Below, piece by piece: positions 25,289 to 38,498 of a stretch of 64,000 nt of DNA. The DNA lies in contig NW_021835992.1 of assembly GCF_006345805.1 (NCBI RefSeq), positions 310,430 to 374,429 on the forward strand, given 5' to 3'. Numbering within the stretch: position 1 is the first letter of the stretch; each line of letters begins with the position of its first letter. The translations under genes and the position numbers were made by a program. The stretch comes from Octopus sinensis (lineage: Eukaryota). The notes under the pieces are model-generated. The model was not told the DNA's origin. It did no database searches and saw only the letters and a program-made list of their open reading frames with translations.

Positions 25289-26559
25289 TTATCACAGTGT
25301 GAGACCACAAAAAGTAAAACGTGATTTTAATAAGTTTATTAATATAATAAATTTATCTATTTATATATATAAATTAATTTTATATTAATCAGTAAAAAAC
25401 ATGAGGGCATAACTAAGTATATTTTGTTCACTTACCAAAAAATAATCGCCAATTTGATCTTATCTATTTGAACAATTTTTGCCTGACATCTTTGGGGTTG
25501 TTTGTGAAAGATGAATATAATTTGGTGAAGTCATTATTTTATAACAGATCGATTTTGTCAAGCATAGGAAGTATCGAATCAAACAGAAAATCGTTTGTCT
25601 GTAGTAAATGAAGAGAGCTGGGACTTGGATGTATATACAGCCATATATTAGGCATAGGTCAAGCGTAGCATCTTGAATTCCTGGCTTTCATTAAGCTGTT
25701 AATCATTCTTAAAGCTATCCAGAAAGTAACATTTGAGTTTTTTAGAATAACAGACTAACACGCAGCAAGAATTATTGTATAAATATGAAAGACTGAACTA
25801 GTCTAACCTACATCCATGTGAACACTTTGGGAAATCTTCATCGTTGACAACTGTGTATGATGACACATTTATCACTAATTGAACCATGCAGAAGGAGAAA
25901 TACGTCGTTCCATTCTCATATAGTCCCGAATCAATTAATTTTTTAATAGTTACATTTGAATCTTTTAGATTTCAAACATCAAATATATTTTGTACACACA
26001 CCATTTTCGAGCAGAAAGCGTATTGTGTAAGTTGACTTATTATAGTTTGATTCCAGTTGAAGATTATTTTTTGGCTGATGTCAGACAGTATTATTTTTGA
26101 AAATGTGTTTAGAAATTTTTCTGCATTAAAATTTGATAAAAAATCACACTTGCACTTTGAAGACGATAGTGTAAATCAAAACTGCCGTCAATATTGTACG
26201 GATCCTACCAATTTTCTGTGTAATGTAATTAATTAGTAACTAATGAATTAATATTTGGATTGACTTTCCTGGTTTAATAATTATTTCCTTGTTTAATTTT
26301 TATTAATTATCGGGTCGGGAAAGCATTGACGGGTAATTGGACAAATATTCCAGCCTAATTGGGTTAGCATCTCCTCTTACCCTAAATAATAGTGTATCCT
26401 ACACATTGCTAAGTTATAAATTTCTATTCCCGGTGTTGAAAGTGATTTTCTTGGGTTATCATGTCATTATTAGAAAATTTTAATGAAAATGTAAAATTAG
26501 GCAGATTGAAGAGACCGCGAAAATCAGCGCAAAATCAATATATTTGAACAGGGAATGAT

Positions 26560-26979
26560 GAAGACTACTCACGTTCTGACCTTTTTGGCCAATTCTAGGT
26601 ACGACAAGTCGAGAATGTAGTCTCTTTTATGAAGGAACAGTTTTCTAAAAAGTTGGTCTCCTTCATTTGCTCAATCTTGTCATTCTTGAGTGCGTCCTTC
26701 ATCAACACACCCCGTCTTCCTTCGATTTGATCATACGTTCCCACGACTCCTCAATGGACTACACATTACACTCACTCACAACATCGAATGACACACACGT
26801 GTAATCAACAACACTCATCCACTCTACTTTCCTCATCTCATCCCTCAACAAACGAATCCCATTTAGCTGACTAGCCGCATCACTCAGGTTATCTTCGAAC
26901 TGGTCTAATCGGTCAATTAAATACCGAGCATCATCCCCCGCCCTGACTATCAACGTTCTCAATCACCGAATCCAGCCAT
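26560..26979 (-). CDS. Small coiled-coil protein, tentatively SIKE1/FGFR1OP2-like
   Basis: GC-richer coding-like stretch with short intron candidates; DDARYLIDRLDQFEDNLSDAASQL weakly resembles the DAK.LVERL..HD N-terminus of that family; 3' end uncertain. Confidence 0.35.
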
Positions 26980-27119
26980 TTTTTGAATTTCTAAGCTTTT
27001 CAAACACACAAACACACAATTTGAAGCTTTTCAAACACACAATCTAATTCCACAGGGGAATCCAATTCTGCAACTTCAGCTATCATAAAAAGAGAAAGAA
27101 AGTCAAAAATACTCAATAA

Positions 27120-27730
27120 CTAAATAATAAATCGACAGGAACCATATTCATTGATCCAGTTCTTGAACTTGACCAACTCAGCTGACGAGACAGTTTTGTT
27201 TACATTTTTAATGGCACTGTGGAGATCGTCCATCACCATCGGGACATTCAAACATTCGTCCTTTGAAATGATTTTAATCTCTCCCACAGTCAAATCACCA
27301 ATCTTCCTCCTTATTTCCATCATGGCAGCGTCTCGGCACACAATTCTGATATTCGAGCCGGAATAGCCATCCATCAGAGCAGCATAAGCCTCAATGTCGA
27401 CATCCTCAGCCAAAGTAACCCCACTCAAATTAAGGAATAAAATGGCAATCCGATCACTCAGCGATGGCAGGGGAATATAAATCCTGTTCTCAAACTGTCT
27501 TCTCATCGCATCGTCGATATTCCAGGGACAGTTGGTGGCACTCAAAAACATAACCATTTTGTTTGGATCCTCAGACCCGGAGGAAATGCCTGAAATGACC
27601 ACACACTTAGTGACCATCAATCTGCGCCAAGAACTCCCACTTGACTGCACTTCCCACCGCGTTCTCTTCTTGGACTTCATAGTGGAACAAATGGTATCAA
27701 TTATATTTACTATGATTAGAATGGTAAGGT
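27120..27730 (-). pseudogene. KATNA1: Katanin p60 AAA ATPase C-terminal half, probably a pseudogene
   Basis: EFLAQIDG|ISSGSEDPNKMVMFLSATNCPWNIDDAMRRQFENRIYIPLP...GYSGSNIRIVCRDAAMM...WINEYGSC; Walker B reads IVNIID; frameshift; no Walker A upstream. Confidence 0.8.
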
Positions 27731-27779
27731 CGTAAGTATTTAATTCATTCATAGAGATCAAAGTAAATTTATCTTTATC

Positions 27780-28480
27780 TAGTTTTTCTGAGCTTAAATG
27801 GTTAGCAAAGTTAGTTTGTAAGTCTTTTTGAGAATTGTCAACCCTTCCTTTTTGTCAGTATTCCTGCAAATTACCTCTTTACAATATCTAGCAACAGCTT
27901 AGAAGACTTAGTAACGTGATTCTTTATTAAATCAACTAAATGCTGAAACTGACCAGTTTTTGTGCATACAGGTTATTCTGGGGAATCGCACATGCCTTTC
28001 TCATAACACTTGTAGACTAAGCATAATATAATTTGGGCTTTGGCTTTCACGTGAATTTCTTCTCGCATCATAAAAGCTTTGCAATGTTATTAAATATAGC
28101 AGCCTTCCAATTTATTTAAGCAGTAGGTAAGATGTCAAACAACAGAAGGAGATTAGAAAGATGCGTTTGGGGAGATGGGGTTGTCCATACTTCGGATTGG
28201 AGTTCTTTTGTGGGTACTTTGTGTAATTTTCCAAATATGCATTATGACTGATTGCATTTAGTATAAAGAAAACTTATTCAAGTAATACAACTGAGTCTCA
28301 CTTAAGTGCTGTCTATAACCGTAGTGGAAAGTCAAAGTTCCCCACCCGTGAGGCGACGAGTCCTTCTAGCACAACACGATTGTAGAAAGGGGTTTACCTT
28401 CCTTGATCACATTACCAATGACAAATCTCCATTATGCAAAAACCTTCCAGAAAAAAATGAAGTACGATCAGCGATGGTAA
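27780..28480 (-). mobile_element. LINE RT C-terminal remnant
   Basis: Decayed reading similar in style to the 32.4-33.3 kb LINE; many stops. Confidence 0.3.
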
Positions 28481-29649
28481 GAGGCTGACAAATGGGAGCA
28501 TTCTAAAATTTTCCCACCTTTCGTTGGATACGGAAATCTGTAATGAAGAATTTGGAGGCGTATGTTAATCGGCACAAACAAATTAGAATTGTCCAGGTTA
28601 TGGGACAAGCAACAAAAAGATTATTATTATTGAGGATGTGCTATTTATTACTAAATGTTCAACCGCTGAGAAAAATTTAATAATAATTTATTTCATTTAT
28701 TAAAATAGAATAAACTCAAACTTAATCATCTTGATTTTCGTTTTGTATTTCTTTTCGTATTTCGCAGATAACTTCTCCCAGAGCTTCTGGGTTAACCCCG
28801 GAATCCAATAACTGAGTACAAACTTTTAATGTATCTCTGTCCAATCCTGTGTTTAAAAGTTCTGAGAGTTCAAATAACACTAATAAAAATACACATTATT
28901 TGCTTATTACATTCAAAAGTATCTGCACCCACAAGATCGGCCATTTCAATATACTAACTACTATTTAAAAACAAATTTTATTATCTTCTGTAACCAAATA
29001 ATAAAATTAATTATTTTCATATATTCAGCACAGTAACTAAGTTTCATAATTTCGAAAATTTAGAGATAAATGACTATTGCTCTTTATGCTGTTACACATA
29101 CTAAAAACTATGACTTCTAAATGTGTTTATTGTCAATAATTTCAGTCGAAATTTCTCTTACATTGTAGGTAGTTACGAAATTTTTCGCACGGCTCTAAAG
29201 GGATTCGCTTGAGCCATTTTCCGCAGCATCAACACCTACGTCAGCTTGTTCCTTGCCTTGGATTTACTCACCAGTCTGGATTTACAGAGAAAATATAAAC
29301 TTTTGGTTCGAGATTTTGATTGGCCAGTGGATTCCAATCAATATGCCAAAGTTAGGTTCGGTGAAAGTATTTAGTTTTTCTAGATTGTTTTTTTAATAGA
29401 TTTCCATGTTCCGGAATTATATAACAGTGGTGGCTTGCAAACATGTAGTATAATCTGACATGAAGTTTTCGTGATACAAGTTTTTTGCTATCTAAATAAA
29501 ATACATTTTTGAAGTATGTAGCATTTTCCTTTGACAAATGACTTTGGCGTCAGGTAGCAGGGAGCTGAGTTTTTTGATATGTTTTCAGAATTTATCATTT
29601 CTTCATTTTGTTCGTTGGATTTGTGTACAATGAATTTTTTTAATGTTTA

Positions 29650-30440
29650 TGAATAAGCCACTTCACTTTAGACATGGATCTGAAAGAATCGTCCTGGTGG
29701 TTATCTCATGGGAACAACTCTTTAACGTCGGAGAGAATGCTGTGCATGGTTCAGACCGCAACTTGTCTTTGACAACGGTAGCAGTAGTTGCAGGCATTGC
29801 AACGCCGCCAAAAAGACTGTTGATCATCTTGCTACAAGATGTGGCAGAATGTTGAACAACGATTACCTGCGTCGCCACAATAAGGTGGTAAGGTGCATGC
29901 AATTGCACATCTGCCGAAATACGGGATAAAACAGTCTTGGAAGTTGAAGACATACTCCGTACATCGACTGTCTCTAATGAGGTGGTCGAAATACGGGGGA
30001 CACGACGATCAAGATAGATACGATAGTCAATAATAGTAAACCAGATATTTTTGTCTACGACAAAGTTCAGAACATCATTACGCTGATTAAAGTTGGGATT
30101 ACTTCTCAACAATCTTTGAAGCATGTGGAAGTTGAGAAATTACATAAATATAACCTTTTGGCACGCGAATTGAGGTTAATCCATAGTGCAAAAGTGAATG
30201 TCGTACTGTTTGTTCGCACGTGGGATGGAATAACATCCAAATTTTACAAGCACTACCAAAACCCCCTAAAAGTCCATGACTCAAAGCGTGCATATGTTCA
30301 GACAATCGTGATCAAAAAACACTGGAGAGCATGCGCCCGGAGTACAAACTCTTCCCTACAACGAGAACAAACAAATAAAGGAAGCAGCCACCACAAGAGG
30401 AACCTGTCAAGGATACCGACGCTGTATTCCGGCCCATGAT
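29650..30440 (+). mobile_element. R4/Dong-like RLE non-LTR retrotransposon 3' part
   Basis: CRHCNAAKKTVDHLATRCGRMLNNDYLRRHNKVVRC (CCHC knuckle), NSKPDIFVYDK...IKVGITS...EVEKLHKYNLLAREL (PD-D/ExK RLE), TWDGITSKFYK. Confidence 0.85.
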
Positions 30441-30725
30441 CGGTAGCAAAGATAAGGAAGCTGGAACCAACATATATTAATTCGATTAGATCTTGTTACA
30501 TTTTAAATCATTTTGATTCTGTAAAATTAGTTCGCACGATGTTTTTCGAATTGTAACTTTAATTGACACATTTTCTAAATTCGGTGTACCTGCAATATTC
30601 CATATGTCTAAAACTACTTCTAAAAAATTAAAATTAATAATATTTTGAATAAATTTCCTAGATCAAGAATTTCCATTAATTATAATAATTTATATGAATA
30701 TATGTCAATATGCCGTTATGAATTA

Positions 30726-31568
30726 ATGATTCTACTGCAAGTGTTCAGTGTTTGTATCTTATCTGTAATATCAGGTAATACTTTAATTTTATTGTTAGAA
30801 AATGAAACTATGCACAAAGTGATAAGTTTTTTCTATTAAATTGTAGAAAAATAAAACTAAAGAGATATTCGAAACATTATTTTATGGAATAGATTATTTT
30901 GGTCGAATAATGTAAATATTTTTAGAAAAACAAGAACAAGCAGATATAAGAATTCAATTTGGGGTTTTTAATGTTTTTAATCTTTAGAAATTCGTTTTCA
31001 ATAAATTTAGAGATTACATAGATAAAGGTTAATTTTGTTATAATTAGTACAGGAAAGCCTCTTGATCAAGTAGAAAATTTACAAGTTTTATTTTTTATAA
31101 TATATTGCGAAGGGGCTCTTCTCGAGATTCTCATTACATGGAAAGGCTATCTTTATAATTATTTAGAATTGGCTTCAAATCATACAGAATTTATTATGAA
31201 AATGCACAAAATTGATTCTCTTACAGAAGAATCCTTAATCCAATCAGATAATTATATCCCAAATTTCATTGTTTGAAGCATGTATATTATATTGTAGAAT
31301 AATATCACTATTAAAGTTGAATCGATGCCGACCACTGTACCAGATAATGCTAAGGCAGATGATTTAGCCGTATTTAAAATAACTTACTTTAGAGAGTTTA
31401 CTTGTCTGGTATGAGAGAAGCTGTTCATGAATTTGCGACAAGATACAATATTACATTCTCCGATGGAGTTCCCAATAATGTTATCAAAAGTAATTCATCA
31501 ATTTAATTTAAGACTATTATTCGTTTACTGTATCGTTATTACTATGGGCAATTGGACTGCACTTATGA
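30726..31568 (+). CDS. Probable intron-rich gene for a secreted, possibly GPI-anchored orphan protein
   Basis: Signal-like MILLQVFSVCILSVIS, a series of 20-28-nt GT-AG units, and a hydrophobic C-terminus NYYSFTVSLLLWAIGLHL* after a 23-nt intron; complete splicing not solved. Confidence 0.4.
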
Positions 31569-32379
31569 CCCGTCTTTAAATAATATTAGCAGGACATGGT
31601 TTTAAATAAACTGGATATTATGAATACTTCATTATATTTATTAAAATTAAACTATCATCTAATACAGGGGACAGCTGAAAATGAGCTCTCATCAGACCAC
31701 ACCAGGGCTAGGGAACTTTTTTTTGTCCAAGGCTAGTTTTGGCGTATGAAATCTAAGGACTCATTTCCCATGAGTGTTCACAGAACCCCTCAACACTCGT
31801 CCCTTGACAATTTCGTCTAAAGGGCTCGTTGTTTCGCAGGTTACTTGTCAATACATATAACTCACTGGACTCAACAAGTTTAGGAAAAACACAGGGATAA
31901 CTACAATCTCTTTCCTTGGAAGCAAGTCTCCGGGATGTTATTTAAATACTAAACTTTTCTGTAGATACTACATTTAAAAAAAGGTATTACCAATGCATTG
32001 TAAAACGAATCCAATGGAAAGGTATTACCAGTGCATTTTAAAACGAATTCTCATATCAAGTCCTCTGTTGGGGAGCCAGGTCTTCTCAGTTTGTGTAGGT
32101 TACTGAGGACAGAGCCCAGTTTCTTAGTTTTGTGTTATAGTTTCTGTCTTATCTTTTCTTATAATCAGTTTCATAATCTCCATTTTTTCGAAGTTTAAAA
32201 GGTTTCATCGAACAAAAAATTTATTATTTTGAATAGAAATATATTCTTTGGACAATTCATTAGATGCTTTAAATTCTTTATAAAAATGCCAAAAAGGTCA
32301 ACTTTTTAGATTTTTGAGCAAATTATGTCAATTTTTAAAAATGGTTAGGATAAAGTCTTTAATCTCAAATTCGATTCAA

Positions 32380-33300
32380 TAGGCACACTCGGCAAAACTT
32401 TCTCTGTTGTTCTATTTGGAAGCAGCGACATTTTGGAATCAGTCGTGTTACTTGACCAAGATTAGTTCATTACCAAGGTTAAAGCTAATTCAGATTATTC
32501 GCAGTTAATCTCCAGTCCAATCTTAAGTAGAAAAGCTCCAGGGGTACAAAATAGGAAAATGATCTGGCAAAGTTAAACTGGCTCGAAACATGGCTCAAGA
32601 TCAGTAGAGACAAGGTTAGCAGCTGAAAATATTGCCAACAGCGAGTTTGACGAGTAGTTCAGTTTCAGAAATAGCATATGTATCATGGGCAGACTGTTTT
32701 GATTGATACTGTCTTTCTACACGATAAATAATTTACTCCTGTTGACGGTGTCGAAGACCTTAGTCGTGTCGACTCCTAGGATATGAAAGGATCGTTTGTA
32801 CTTCTGACATAATGCAGTTGTCCACCGATGACTCTAGACAACATCAGCCAGGTCTGAAACAACTCTGACTGAGAAAGACATCGATCGACGGACTTTACGG
32901 CCTCGAATAATAGTTGATAGAGTATTCCTTAGAGTGGTGACTAATACTATTGGTCTTAAGTTTTCAGGGCAGTTCTTCGTATTCTTCGTTTCTGAATGGG
33001 TATTAATATTTTTTGTCCCGATTGGGAGCGGACAGTGCAGCGCAAATGCCTTGTTCCATATTTATCGAAACAGCTCGCTAGACTTTTGAGGGCATACTTG
33101 AGTAATTCCCCCGGAACTCCGTCGCATCATGCAGCTCTGTTGTTGTTTATACAGTGAAATGCTTCTGACCTCAGAATGTGTTATTTCGTTTGACAGGTCT
33201 GTGGGTGTTCAATATAGATTGTTTCTGGAATTTGTCAGCAATTCTCGAAACTTTGCTGATTTTCGTTCTTTGTCAAATGTTTTACAGAAAATAGGCATAT
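32380..33300 (-). mobile_element. APE-type LINE reverse transcriptase remnant
   Basis: ENLRPIVLVTTLRNTLS, LGVDTTKVFDTVNR (D..KAFD.V motif); stops and frameshifts. Confidence 0.65.
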
Positions 33301-33373
33301 TTCGTAATCCGAATTTATATTCCAAACTTTCTGTGAATAATAAAATATTTTTACTTATTTATTTACTGTCAAA

Positions 33374-33900
33374 TTTTTTTTTTTTTTGAGAAATATAATT
33401 TGTTAGTTATTATATCGAAAGAGAAGAGATTGATTTGAGAAATCAATTGAGGAAGCCCGCTGCCTGTATGGAAAGCGAGTTCCCTCGGAGTATGGCTATT
33501 CCGATCCTTTGTCTTAGCCATACTCCTTCACGAGGATCATTCTTCTTTGTGGCGAGCATTCTTCCGAGTTCGCGCAAGAACTCGGCAGTCGCTGGGCCAA
33601 CTGCTCCTGATGACTCAGCCGCAACAGGGGTGAATCTGTAGCGGTCCCCGAGGAAGGAATATTTTTTGGTTTTAAGGTTTTCCGCGATTGAGGCAGCTGC
33701 TCCAGGTGTCTGAACCGATTTAAGGAGATTCGTGCTTGAGTAAGTATCGACGCAAGTTGCGTCCCAGACCAAAGATCGTCCGGAGTTGAAAGGGAAAAGA
33801 GTCATCCCGTCAGGTCTCTTTCCATCACCTCGATCGAGACCCACTGGTTCAAGCTGTGCTGGGAAGCCTGCAGCCTTCAGAGCTCTGACGATCACGTCGT
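33374..33900 (-). mobile_element. 5'-truncated CRE-like copy with intact RLE ORF and poly(A)
   Basis: [22 protein letters not shown]...LVWDATCVD...PVAAESSGAVG...WLRQRIGIAILRGNS; T run at ~33374-33387. Confidence 0.88.
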
Positions 33901-36900
33901 TCTATTACTGTTTTTAAAATGAACTGTTTTATTTACTGTTTTTAAAATGAAAGACATAATATTTACCAAGATAAGTTAATAAATTGTGAATAATTTTAGC
34001 ATAAATGATCGAATTGGTAATTTTTCTAGTGTCTAAAACTGCATTAAACATCTGTGAATTGCCAGCCGACAATTATATGTTTTTTTAATTTAAATGCTCA
34101 TAGCTCCTTTGAAGATTGCATTTTTCTGAACGATGAAACTAATTTGAATGTTACAAACATTGAGATATTTAAAAATGTCTCATTTGTTAAAAGAACTACG
34201 TTTGGAATCTTCTTAAAACTTGAAAGACTGTCATCATTCTCAATTCATTTGTTTAGAGGCTGTTCTGGTTCCTTTATGTATATCATGAATGATACTTTTC
34301 ATGATATGAAATTATTATTTACAGTGTACTGACTAAATTCAATTAATTTTTAATCACAGCGATCTCCAAAGATGCAGGGAATTGAAATATTTCAGTCGTT
34401 CGGCATTCTTGACTTGTACGAGTTTGTCATATCTGTATTATTAAGAATAACAAACATTTAGTTATTTGCCGAGATACAAAACGTACCGTCCTTTTATTAA
34501 CATTCACAACGTAATTTCTATTTCAGAGTCCATAATGTGCTTCCAAATTGGTAAATCTCAACCAGCATCGTATTAATTTGATGATATGCTTAGAATACTT
34601 GGAGGCGAGATTGCTAATTTAATTCTACCGTAGGTCCATATCTATTTCATAGCCTAGTAATAATTCAGAGTTGAATCTGACGTACGGAACATTTACAGTG
34701 ACTACTGTGGGTGCAACAGGTATGAATATTACTTATCCAAGCATGCAATGAGTGTCTTTCATACGATTCGGACAATGCCATATGTTAAGGCATGAGGAAA
34801 TAAAAAAATATTAACATTCTTTATTCTAATAATAATATTCATTCCGGTACTTAATTAAGCTCATTTCCATATTGCATTTGCAATCATTTTTCTCTGTTAA
34901 AAAGTAATTGATTTGTTATATTCGACTCTTTAAATAACGCCCGCTTTTTAGATTAATTGTAATAAATCACAATGAGTAATTGTCTTCTCTTTTCAGAAAG
35001 GCGTAGAACATTCATGTTTTCTTTGCTTGCATGCTCATGAACGACTTGATACCTGCTTTGGTTTTTCTGTCCTATGGCTAAATTTTATATATTTGTCAAT
35101 AATTACACTCTAAGCTGATTTGTTTTTGTTTCCATTTTGAACTAAGTCTTTATAAAAAAAACGGTCAGAAATAATAGGAAAAGCCGAGTTGAGTCTTTTT
35201 ACAAACAAAAACGACTGTCCCAGATCTCACGAATAAAAATTTTTGTTTTTTCCCTGTCCATTCGGGACGAGAACAAGGTTCTCCGTATTTTGTTATTTGA
35301 AGATACATCTTTAGTGATGTAGCCTACATTTTGGCGTATTCTTTGAACATTTTGTACTTAAAAGGACTGGAACAGACTTTTACGCCACTGAAGACATATT
35401 TGCAGTTCATGTTAAAGTCTGTTTTTTGATTTTTCTATTTTTTATTTTCTTACGCTATCAGATATACATATACAATCTTTATAGACACACCTCACATAAA
35501 ATTATTATAAAATAATGACCAGTTCTTAAAGAAGTCAAAAATGTGGTTTGTAGCCTCTATTGTGGTATTTTGATGGTTTGTCGTTTTTCTGGTCAATAAA
35601 CCACATTCCATGACAACTGGAAATTGTTCATTACATTTGTTTTGTAAATGTTTCACTTCATTGAAGGAGTCGGCTGTTACCAGAAATTAAAGAATGAGAC
35701 CTCTCCAAAAATCAATATGGATAAACAGGTGCGATATTTTCTGAATCGCATCAGTAAGCGTCTGACGAGATAAATATGCATGAAGGAACATTGTGTGAAC
35801 ACGGATAGTATCCACCTGCACTCATTCTTACAAATGAGAAAAGGAGTAATGTCTTTGAAATTTTGATTTTATATTGGATATCATTTTTTTACACAGATTA
35901 CCTTTCTCATTCACAAATCGACCTTTCCAGCCGTAACCTTTTCCTGATTTTAGTGCATTTCTGTACAAAGATGTATATTCTGAAGTTTCCCTGCCCATAT
36001 AAGCAGTTATTAAACACACTTGATTTCAAATCTTGGGAAGTATTTGAATGAATGTGGTACAGTTGACCCAACTATAGGACAAACAAATGATTCTTCTTTT
36101 GCGGTTTCCTGCTTTCTGATTTAGATCGAAGGATTTTTTATCATCAATATAAAGGATTAAAAGCCCAAGAGAATTATACAATTTAGAGTTATTACAAAAA
36201 CTAAAATGTCAGACTATCATGATCTTTTCCGTCAACTAAGGACTGTAATTCTACCCAATGACCAGTTCTTAAAGAAGTACAAAAAACGTTTTATTTATTT
36301 TGACCTTAAATTTTATTGACAAAAATGTTTCAGAGATACAATATGGTAAAACCAGAACTGCTGTGCATGTATTCTAGCCAATAAACCACATTAAATGACA
36401 ACAGGGAATTTTCATTTGCAGAGACTATTTTTAACAAATAATCATATTTTGTTGAGCTAGTAAACATAAAATAATGACGGTAGTCCAACAAATACTTTAC
36501 ATGGATTATCGAGCATGGCGGAATACAGTAACACGAATTCCCATTGTTTAGAGTAGTCCTATTTCTCATGATGGCTTCTCTACAAAAAGAATATCCTCAA
36601 ACTAGCTATTTGTCTCCTCGTTTAAAGTTAGCACAAACACTTTCACAATTTAATTTCCTTATTTAATCTTTAAACAGTTGCTTTTTTATTTAAGAAAGTC
36701 ACAAGAAACTTGTGCCTTTAATAAGGAAGCAGATGTATTTAAAACCACAAGTATAAAAAAAATTTTATAATAAGAAAAATCAAACATTTATCAAAGAATT
36801 GCTTTGGTTTGAGGATCTTGTTATTTTTACGAGAAACTGTAAAACAAATGTAACTTTAGGACGCCGTGGCCAGTATTAGCAGGATGAATAGAGTAAAAAT

Positions 36901-38498
36901 CAGAGCATAAAGAACCCACTCCGAATCAGTTACAGGTCTAGCTTGTTACTAGACTATGAACGGTGGATCTGTTTCAAACAGTGTGTCCAAATCAAGTCCT
37001 GTTAATCCAAACACAGTTTTGTGGGTGATTTAAACGAAGATGTTTAAGTTGAAAACATCAAAAGAGTATTTAAAGTTGTGGAAAGATCCGATTATCCGAA
37101 TAAGTTAACTTTATATTGCTGTAAGGATAATCCGATCAAGCTCTGCAGGAAAAAGTGCTATGGAGTTTCAGAGGTTTGAAACTACAAATTTAACTTTAGG
37201 AAGCCGTGGCCAGTATAAATTAACTTTAATTGAATTATTTATGTAATTTTGAAAACTTGTGATTAAAATTGAATGACTGGATTAATTTGTTCAGAATAAT
37301 GTCTCGATATGATAGTTATTTTTAATGACTTGATTAATCTTGTTTAGAATAATGTCTCGATGTGATAGTTATTTTTAAGTATAAAAAGTATTTTTATCAT
37401 TAATTATATTGCGTTTATTTTTGCAATATATATTATTGTGGTTGTGTAATAACATGGAGGTATATTGTTTTAATTCACGACAAAATCATTAAAACCTTTG
37501 AATTAACTTTATTTGCGAAATAGTTGCAATTTTGTCCAATTAACGCTTGGAAGTCAAATTTTCAGATGGTAAAAAAACAAACAATTATCGTGCCTCCTCT
37601 ATGTTAAAAAATAATCATGTTAGCCTAATGGCCAAAATGACATTATTTTTTAAAGATGATGCAATGTACAGTCTAGTAAAATCCGTCCTGAAGGGCAAGA
37701 CGTGAATATTTAGAAAGTTAAAAAATTCCGACTATAAAGAAAACGGAACATTTCATTTTTATTAGGGGAAAGCTATATCTGCGGAATAATTTTCGACTTC
37801 ACAAGCTCGTTATAGCTTTAACAAACACAGAAAATAAAACCGAAAATGCTTCATTTCAGTTTCATTTTTCAAAGAAATGACGAGCTTTTGATCTTTAGAT
37901 TAGACACACAATCTATGCATTAATCTAAATTTAGAGTAAATTTCATGAATTATTGTAAAAGTCTCGATTTTTTACAGATCTATATTTTGTTTGCATAGAA
38001 AAATGTTCTAGAAATTAATTTTCCAAGCATCTTTCAAAAGTCAACAGAAGAACATATACAATAAACAAATCCACTACGCTTAAAATCTTGCAGGAGGTTT
38101 CAGTTTACCAACAAATAACTTTTCAAATTATTTAGGTACATGGACAAAAACTAATTTAAATAAAGGAATTGCTAGAATTTATAATTGGTGCATAAAAATA
38201 ATATTTTCGATAATCAAAGGCTTTTATTTCGACGTTGACAAGGTCAAAAAATGTAACCAGTTTCCCATGCACATATTAAAAAAATAAACAGACGACTTTG
38301 AACAAGAATATTAGTCCAGATCAAAGAAAAACAGATGAGACCGCTTAAGTTTTTAAGTGGTTTAAACGCGGGGAAAAACTATTCATGGTTACATATGTTG
38401 CTTAATCGACCCAAAATTGTCGTCTGATGCATTTTATTACTAAAACATGTGGTTCGCCACATTGAATATAAATAAGTAATATTAAATAATAAATAAAA

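Noticed and set aside
29663-30124. 153-aa minus-strand ORF and similar shadow ORFs over the retroelements (e.g. 10054-10890)
   Set aside because: They are antisense or alternate frames of GC-richer RT/RLE coding sequence with no independent motifs.
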